A DNA stretch of 64,000 nt, taken from NCBI GenBank assembly GCA_000092065.1, contig CP000595.1; one strand, 5' to 3'. A program made the position numbers and the translations under genes. Positions 57,891-64,000 of the stretch are shown in pieces; positions within the stretch are counted from its first letter, which is position 1; every line of letters starts with the position of its first letter. This DNA is from Ostreococcus lucimarinus (Eukaryota). The notes beneath the pieces were generated by a model. That model worked only from the letters and a program-made list of their open reading frames with translations, ran no database searches and was not told where the DNA came from.

Positions 57891-60800
57891 TTATTCGCGC
57901 GCGGTCGAGGACGAAGCGCCGCCGAAGCCGAAAAATTTGCCCAGACGGGACGCCGAGGAGGCGGCTTCGGCGCGCTCGCGATCGGCTCGGCTGGGAGCGC
58001 GCGCGAACGCGCGAGGTCGGGCGACGCTTTCGTCGTCGACGACGGTCGTGGTGACCTTGCGGACTCGAGCGATGCGCTCGCGCTCGGGCTTTGGCGGCGG
58101 TGGCGAAGATGGGGTGAAAGCGCGTGGTTTGGCGATGGGCGCGTCGTCGTCGACGCGCCTCTTGGTCACCTTGCGAACGCGAGCGACGCGTTGGCGTTGC
58201 GCCTTCTCAATTTTGGGTTTGGTGAACGCCGGAGCGGACGGGTAGTCCTCATCGTCGATGTCATCGTCGAGTGCTTCGTCGGGGAAGCACTCGGCGCAGT
58301 AGACGTTGCCGTCTGGACCGGGCATGACGTCCTCCGGTTCCATCTCACGCGAGCAGTTCGGACACTCGAAGGGCGCCGGCGCCTTGGACGAAGCTTGTCT
58401 TGGCGCTTCGTCCATCTCAGGTTCTTCCTCGGGTACGCACCGCGGGCAGTAATCCTTCCCGCCTGGACCCGTGATGATATCGTTCAACGTACACGGTGCG
58501 TCGCAATTCGGACACGTGGGGATTGAGCGTTTTCGCTGTGGCGACCAACATTTCGGACAGAATTGCCCACCGTCGACCTTGATGACGTCTTCGGGCTCGC
58601 ACGGCGTCTCGCAGTTCGGGCACACGAACGGCTCCGGCGCGCAACGCGGGCAGTGTTTCTTGCCGTCGACGTCGCTGATCGCGACTTCTTCGGGCTCGCA
58701 CGGCGTCTCGCAGTTCGGGCACACGAACGGCTCCGGCGCGCAACGCGGGCAGTGTTTCTTGCCGTCGACGTCGCTGATCGCGACTTCTTCGGGCTCGCAC
58801 GGCGTCTCGCAGTTCGGGCACACGAACGGCTCCGGCGCGCAACGCGGGCAGTGTTTCTTGCCGTCGACGTCGCTGATCGCGACTTCTTCGGGCTCGCACG
58901 GCGTCTCGCAGTTCGGGCACACGAACGGCTCCGGCGCGCAACGCGGGCAGTGTTTCTTGCCGTCGACGTCGCTGATCGCGACTTCTTCGGGCTCGCACGG
59001 CGTCTCGCAGTTCGGGCACACGAACGGCTCCGGCGCGCAACGCGGGCAGTGTTTCTTGCCGTCGACGTCGCTGATCGCGACTTCTTCGGGCTCGCACGGC
59101 GTCTCGCAGTTCGGGCACACGAACGGCTCCGGCGCGCAACGCGGGCAGTGTTTCTTGCCGTCGACGTCGCTGATCGCGACTTCTTCGGGCTCGCACGGCG
59201 TCTCGCAGTTCGGGCACACGAACGGCTCCGGCGCGCAACGCGGGCAGTGTTTCTTGCCGTCGACGTCGCTGATCGCGACTTCTTCGGGCTCGCACGGCGT
59301 CTCGCAGTTCGGGCACACGAACGGCTCGTCTTCCGGTACATCCTCCCGCAAGCACTCGTTGCAATATTCCAAATCATCCGGACCGATGACGATTTTATTC
59401 GGCGGCTCTACGGTGATTCCGCAATTTGGACAGTTGACATCCTTTTTGCGAGGACAATTTGGCGCTTCATGATCCGTCATACCGCAGATGGAGCAGCGCG
59501 AATCCGGCATGACGAGGTTCTTGCGCGCCAACTCATCGCTCGGCTCTTCGAGCACCGCATGCACACTCGGCGACTCCGCGAGCGGTTTTCTCTCTTGTGC
59601 TTGTTTGAATTGTGCTTGAAGCGCTTCCGATGGCTTTACGGTTGGATTCGCGCGGAAGCAGAAATCGCCAAACGCGAGCATAAACTTCTTCGCGTCCAGC
59701 CGGCTCCCTTGGCAGCACAAGTACCCGTCAGGTTTTTCATCGATGGCGTGCACCCAGCCATGTCGAGCGCCGTGGTACACCCAATCAGGAGTCGACGTTG
59801 AGAAATCGCTGTAGGTTCGGAAGACCAATTCACCAAACTTGTTCAATGGACTCTCGGCACCGACGGCCCACATTGTTGCAGCCTTGAACTCCATCACTCC
59901 CATGCCATCCTTGTCGGTGAAAGCCTTGTACACAGTGCTCACAGCGCGGATGTCCTCGTCAGACGATTTGCCTTGCTTCTTCATAGCCGTCGCAAATCTC
60001 GCTTGTGCTTCGTATGCTTCGACGATATGATGCGCCTTAGGGCGAAGTATGCGTTCAATCAGCCAGCGCGTTGCGCGAGCGACGCCTCTATCTGTCAATG
60101 GCACGCGATGACCGTAGATGATCCAAGCCATGAAGACGAGGGAAGTGAGGAATTCATCCAGGTGCATTCCCCAAGCGTGCTTGATACGCAGCTCCAACCT
60201 CGGACCTTCGCTCGGACATAGCGATCCTTCAACTGAGCCAGTCTCTCGATCGAGTGTGAGACACTTGGCGAGAAGCTCGGGCGCCTTGACGGTATCGAAT
60301 ACCGATCGAACGACGGCTGAGAGCTGATTGTACTGCGAGTTCGGTAGTTTGTCCTCAATCTTGCAACTCGAGATGAGGTACATGAACTGACGGTAAGACA
60401 TGAGCAAGTGATCATCCGCACCGACGCGCGTTTCGTTGTCACTCGGACCAGACGGAATCGACGCGTATGTTTTGAACAAACCCTCCAAAAATGTCCAGTG
60501 ATTGCGAATCTCGCTCCAGACGTAATAGTTGCCATCTTCGGGCTCGAAAGAAGTCAGCACATGGTTCGGTTTGCTGATACCCTTGCGAGTAAGCGGAGCG
60601 GCATCTTGGATGAGCTCCTTACCATTGTTGCGGTAACGCAGAATCGTTCGTTCAAGAGGTTTTGAATTGCTGTCCGCAAGCATTCTGCGCAAGTCGAGCA
60701 CCGTCATTTCCGGATTTTCGTGAACAAGATTAGATTGGAGCACCGGTTGCGCCAACACTGGCCCTTCTTCAATATCCGGTCGAGCGTACATTCGTTCATC

Positions 60801-63800
60801 TTCATCGGGATCCCTTGCCTCTTCTGGGTCATCTTGAAGAATCAACCACGCTGTCGTCTTGGCCAAATTACCGCGGCGGTTCTCGAGCTGCACCTCCGCC
60901 TTCCATTGAAGATTCTCGAGCTTCACTGTGTTGTGAGTGTCGAGCAGCTTGCCTTTGTGCGAGATATCAAATTTACTTCCAGTGACAGCAGGAAGCTCGT
61001 CTTCACCTGCGAACTCGCCCCGATCGCGCATGTCTCGCAATTCTGTGGCGAGCTTGGTGTGAACGCTTGAGACTTCCTCCTTGAGACGAACGGGGACGTA
61101 CACGTTCCATCCTAAATCTCTCGATCGATCCGGGTCTTCTTCCTGAATGATGATGGTTTCTCTCGTACGGAAGTGTCGTTCTCGCTCTTGTTTAATTCGC
61201 GACACCTCTTCGTCGTCTTGCTGGATGACGACGTACAAGTTGCCGTGACGAGCGCAGCGCTCTCCGGGCTCGCATTCGCAGAGGCAACAGAAATCGTCGT
61301 AGACGTCGTCGAGGTCAAGGTGCCACGGCAACACGTCACCGTCTTCATCCTGCGCCTCTGCTTTCGCTTTTGCGAGACTTTCATCGTAAGCATCCCAATC
61401 AGGGTGAATATCACCAAAGTAACCCTGGAACCGAACAAAGTGCGTGCGTCCACTGACTTCGGATGTTTGGAAAAAGAGCTCCTCTTGGTCCAAGTCTGCC
61501 GCGTCGTTCACATCCGTTTGAAAGGCTCTTCGAACGTTGTCAGCTTGTTGAAGTACCTCATACTCAGCGAGTTGCTTCTCTTCGTCCTCCTTCTCTTTCT
61601 CTTGCGTAGCGTGCGACTTCGCACGGGCGAGAGTGGAGTCTCGAAGTAAAAAGCGTTCGACCGACGGGTTGTGAGCGCCTGAGACGCCGCGTAAATCTTT
61701 TTGAGCCTGTCTGTAAAACTTGCGATAGAAGTTGTATCTCTTTTGAATCATCTTATTCTCGATGAAGAGTTGCACTTGTCGATTCATGTCCCGATTGTCC
61801 ACCGCCGCGGCGCGAATCAGGCTTTGACGCACCGGGCGCGAGAGCATCTTGTAGAAAGATTTGGCTCTGTCGTCATGGGTACCCAGAATGGTCTCCACAG
61901 TCTTGTGTCGCCAGAGCGAGCGAATTCCTCGAGCGAATTCCATTCGCAGGTGCATGTCGAAATTACCACTGAAATACAATCCTTGATCACCTTCCGCGGA
62001 CTCAAGCTGAAGAATCGCGCCCGCACTGGGGTTGAGCAGCGAAAGTGTCGGTTTCCATTCGACCCACTTGCGTTCGCGTAGCCACTGCGATGAGCGGTGC
62101 TCACTCACGACAATACTGATGACACGAGCGATAAAATTCTTGTAGGCCCGTCGAAGGTGCCAGTCAGCTCTCTTGAACCATTCCGCGCTGCTATAGGCTT
62201 CGTAAAAAATCCCTGCGCAGAAAACAAAGACAGCCACCGCAATGGTTTGCCACACGGCATTTCTGGCGTTGTCCTTTGTCCTTTGGTTGATGATGTACGA
62301 CACCGGCGCTATTGAAATGACTGAAAGCATCAGTACGAGCACCATGGCGAGCAAATGTAAGCCAAGATACCGTTTTGCTTCGCTCGTTTTAAAAGGTCGC
62401 AAAATGACGGTCGCGAACGACACAGATATTACGAGTAGAGCGGTGAGCGCCTGCACGACACCGTTGCCATTTCTGAGCTCGTAGCCTAGAAGTTGAATCA
62501 AGCACAACGCCAATATTCGTGCCATCTCGTTCACACGATACCAAACGTAGTCATCTGTGAACTGGAACGTTGCAAATCCAATCAAATCTCGTTTCCACAG
62601 CTTTTCCCATCCTCCCATGGCGTACTTTATTACCCAATACATGATGGCAAAGAAACCGATCGGGTACAGAAGCAGGGCGATCAAGGCGAGCGGGAACAGC
62701 TGTTGCCATTTCGTGCTTCCAGTCGTCGATGAGAAATATCCGAATCGCAAGTTCGGCTGCGCACGAATGTACCCAAACTTGTCCGTCACTGAACGATGAA
62801 ATATGAAAAAGTCAAATGTCGCGATGATGACGGCGACATAAGTAATTTGAATGACGTTCAAAATACTTCGAAGCATTAAAACCCATCGCCTTTGACCGTT
62901 GCGAACCACCTCGACACTCGGCTGCGTTTTGATGTAAAATTTACCCCAAATGTAGGCGTACAGCTGTGCGATGCCGTACATCAGCGCAAGTCCAATCGCC
63001 GGCATGGCCATTAATGAGTTCCAGCGTGCCACAAAATCGTATTCAGTCAAACATTCGAGGCCGATGACTTCGGGGTTGAGCTGCAGTATGTAGCATAGCT
63101 GTAGCAGCAAAGTCAAGCCGGGATAATCGTTCCAGCCAAGATTGTATCTCCCAATAATCCCAACTTCTTGCAGAAACACAACGAGCGATAATATACGACA
63201 ATAGACGATGTATCGAAAGCTCTGCTCGTCGATGAGCCAGGGCATCAAAATCGCCGAAAGCATCACCAAGCCGACGCCCGCACCATACAGCGTGTGCCCC
63301 AAAGCAGATCCGCACTTCAAACACTGACCATTGAGACGGTAGTAGCCCGTAACACACGTCTCACACGCGTCGTGAACATATCCCTCTGCGCACTGCACGG
63401 CATCCGCACTCGATCCGCCCGCGGCGATGGCGTCCACTTGCGCCGAGCCAGCGATGCCTTTCACACCGGGACACGCCTTATGGGGGAAGCACTGTCGCAT
63501 GGAGATGGGTTGCTTGTACGAGCGCGTTTCAGGAGACACGACGTAGAAACCAGGCTGCGGATAAGGCACCGTGAGATTCGTCTCAGCACAATACGTCCAA
63601 CGTTCGGGCGCTCCGTAGGAGTCGCTGTACTCTGGGCAAGGAAAGCAATATCCCGGCACGCCGTACCAACCGATGTTGCAGAAACATTGGTCCCTTGACG
63701 TTGCGCCTTGAACAGAGGTACTCCCAGCGGGACATGAAATGCAAGTTTCAAGTCCCGGGGTGTCGGAATAATACCCATTGCTGCATCGGGTACAGAAGCC

Positions 63801-63986
63801 TCGTTGCACGGTTCCGCCAGCCATACCCACCGGGCAGGCACGACAGGTGTGCGAGTTGATGGCGTCGGTGACTTGACCAAGCGGACAAATCGTGCACGTG
63901 CCGTAAGTCTTTGCGTTTGACGCATCACCAACGGCGCTTGCTGACTCTGTTGTGTAACCTAGCGCACAACCAACATGAATATTCAA
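57891..63986 (-). CDS. giant receptor-like multi-pass membrane protein (N-terminus beyond window end): extracellular GCC2/GCC3 (ephrin-receptor-like) Cys repeats, about 10 transmembrane segments, long cytoplasmic region, C-terminal tandem zinc-ribbon array
   Basis: 2031-aa uninterrupted frame, stop at 57891. N-terminal modules C..C..G.Y….C..CP.G…C.C (…[39 protein letters not shown]…), a hydrophobic multi-helix block around 62100–63300, and 7 perfect plus 1 diverged 33-aa CPNC…CPRC repeats; further CxxC…CxxC ribbons flank the array. Confidence 0.8.
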   Translation of the reverse strand: MNIHVGCALGYTTESASAVGDASNAKTYGTCTICPLGQVTDAINSHTCRACPVGMAGGTVQRGFCTRCSNGYYSDTPGLETCISCPAGSTSVQGATSRDQCFCNIGWYGVPGYCFPCPEYSDSYGAPERWTYCAETNLTVPYPQPGFYVVSPETRSYKQPISMRQCFPHKACPGVKGIAGSAQVDAIAAGGSSADAVQCAEGYVHDACETCVTGYYRLNGQCLKCGSALGHTLYGAGVGLVMLSAILMPWLIDEQSFRYIVYCRILSLVVFLQEVGIIGRYNLGWNDYPGLTLLLQLCYILQLNPEVIGLECLTEYDFVARWNSLMAMPAIGLALMYGIAQLYAYIWGKFYIKTQPSVEVVRNGQRRWVLMLRSILNVIQITYVAVIIATFDFFIFHRSVTDKFGYIRAQPNLRFGYFSSTTGSTKWQQLFPLALIALLLYPIGFFAIMYWVIKYAMGGWEKLWKRDLIGFATFQFTDDYVWYRVNEMARILALCLIQLLGYELRNGNGVVQALTALLVISVSFATVILRPFKTSEAKRYLGLHLLAMVLVLMLSVISIAPVSYIINQRTKDNARNAVWQTIAVAVFVFCAGIFYEAYSSAEWFKRADWHLRRAYKNFIARVISIVVSEHRSSQWLRERKWVEWKPTLSLLNPSAGAILQLESAEGDQGLYFSGNFDMHLRMEFARGIRSLWRHKTVETILGTHDDRAKSFYKMLSRPVRQSLIRAAAVDNRDMNRQVQLFIENKMIQKRYNFYRKFYRQAQKDLRGVSGAHNPSVERFLLRDSTLARAKSHATQEKEKEDEEKQLAEYEVLQQADNVRRAFQTDVNDAADLDQEELFFQTSEVSGRTHFVRFQGYFGDIHPDWDAYDESLAKAKAEAQDEDGDVLPWHLDLDDVYDDFCCLCECEPGERCARHGNLYVVIQQDDEEVSRIKQERERHFRTRETIIIQEEDPDRSRDLGWNVYVPVRLKEEVSSVHTKLATELRDMRDRGEFAGEDELPAVTGSKFDISHKGKLLDTHNTVKLENLQWKAEVQLENRRGNLAKTTAWLILQDDPEEARDPDEDERMYARPDIEEGPVLAQPVLQSNLVHENPEMTVLDLRRMLADSNSKPLERTILRYRNNGKELIQDAAPLTRKGISKPNHVLTSFEPEDGNYYVWSEIRNHWTFLEGLFKTYASIPSGPSDNETRVGADDHLLMSYRQFMYLISSCKIEDKLPNSQYNQLSAVVRSVFDTVKAPELLAKCLTLDRETGSVEGSLCPSEGPRLELRIKHAWGMHLDEFLTSLVFMAWIIYGHRVPLTDRGVARATRWLIERILRPKAHHIVEAYEAQARFATAMKKQGKSSDEDIRAVSTVYKAFTDKDGMGVMEFKAATMWAVGAESPLNKFGELVFRTYSDFSTSTPDWVYHGARHGWVHAIDEKPDGYLCCQGSRLDAKKFMLAFGDFCFRANPTVKPSEALQAQFKQAQERKPLAESPSVHAVLEEPSDELARKNLVMPDSRCSICGMTDHEAPNCPRKKDVNCPNCGITVEPPNKIVIGPDDLEYCNECLREDVPEDEPFVCPNCETPCEPEEVAISDVDGKKHCPRCAPEPFVCPNCETPCEPEEVAISDVDGKKHCPRCAPEPFVCPNCETPCEPEEVAISDVDGKKHCPRCAPEPFVCPNCETPCEPEEVAISDVDGKKHCPRCAPEPFVCPNCETPCEPEEVAISDVDGKKHCPRCAPEPFVCPNCETPCEPEEVAISDVDGKKHCPRCAPEPFVCPNCETPCEPEEVAISDVDGKKHCPRCAPEPFVCPNCETPCEPEDVIKVDGGQFCPKCWSPQRKRSIPTCPNCDAPCTLNDIITGPGGKDYCPRCVPEEEPEMDEAPRQASSKAPAPFECPNCSREMEPEDVMPGPDGNVYCAECFPDEALDDDIDDEDYPSAPAFTKPKIEKAQRQRVARVRKVTKRRVDDDAPIAKPRAFTPSSPPPPKPERERIARVRKVTTTVVDDESVARPRAFARAPSRADRERAEAASSASRLGKFFGFGGASSSTARE
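58585..59324. repeat. tandem array of 7 essentially identical 99-bp units (plus a diverged 8th) inside the coding sequence of the giant gene
   Basis: The unit …cttcttcgggctcgcacggcgtctcgcagttcgggcacacgaacggctccggcgcgcaacgcgggcagtgtttcttgccgtcgacgtcgctgatcgcga… repeats head-to-tail with no visible mismatches. It encodes [33 protein letters not shown] x7 on the minus strand. Confidence 0.9.
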
Positions 63987-64000
63987 TGTTGCCTCCGCAC

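Noticed and set aside
58585-59324. Whether the perfect tandem repeats could be a CRISPR array
   Set aside because: The repeats are 99 bp and directly abutting with no unique spacers. They lie inside a long eukaryotic coding frame, and there are no cas genes. They are not CRISPR.
58417-59801. Four overlapping ORFs (58417..59364-, 58471..59472+, 58484..59377-, 58563..59801+) with striking internal repeats
   Set aside because: They are the other reading frames and strand of the 99-bp tandem array. Only the minus-strand frame continuous with the 2031-aa protein gives a sensible (zinc-ribbon) product.
1-64000. Prokaryotic-style features (operons, defence islands, IS elements, prophage, integrons, sigma-70 promoters/rho-independent terminators)
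   Set aside because: Gene content, transit peptides, a GT-AG intron, TGTAA poly(A) motifs and the eukaryote-specific families (Rb, Vps41-like, EMC3, SNAPC3, ALG1, Sel1L, CENP-C motif) show this is eukaryotic nuclear DNA. No transposase, reverse-transcriptase or integrase ORF was seen.

Overview
This 64-kb window is about 68% GC and reads as eukaryotic nuclear DNA, not a prokaryotic locus. Genes are densely packed on both strands, about 37 of them, and almost all are intronless. Intergenic spacers run from roughly 50 to 300 bp. TGTAA motifs, the chlorophyte polyadenylation signal, sit just after several stop codons. The encoded proteins point to a photosynthetic green-lineage organism: plant-type acetolactate synthase with a transit peptide, IspE, a PsbP-domain protein, DUF4336, an ABC1 kinase, a retinoblastoma-like protein and an HD2/nucleoplasmin-like protein. 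Together with the compact, nearly intron-free layout, I infer a GC-rich prasinophyte (Mamiellophyceae, Micromonas-like) nuclear chromosome; I cannot run a search to confirm this. There are no CRISPR arrays, operons, rRNA genes, transposase or reverse-transcriptase genes, and I saw no convincing tRNA gene. Because stop codons are rare at this GC content, most of the long Arg/Ala-rich ORFs in the supplied track are antisense or frame artefacts, and some supplied starts are TTG or GTG; every start codon I give is approximate. I found no coherent multi-gene system, so the novelty here is in single loci. The most unusual locus is a very large, window-truncated receptor-like membrane protein (minus strand, 57891..63986). 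Its C-terminal tail carries 7 perfect plus 1 diverged 99-bp tandem repeats, each encoding a CxxC...CxxC zinc-ribbon module. Other points worth a look are the only clear intron, in the Ca-ATPase gene, which has an internal 109-bp tandem duplication and may be an introner-like element. A 75-bp tandem repeat ending in plant-type telomere repeats (TTTAGGG)2 lies in a bidirectional promoter. A protein with a near-canonical CENP-C motif, an Mpv17/PMP22 protein with a triply repeated N-terminal extension, and a five-finger GATA-like protein are also notable. Two telo-box motifs sit in the ALS promoter, and a 33-bp tandem repeat sits in the retinoblastoma-like gene's leader.
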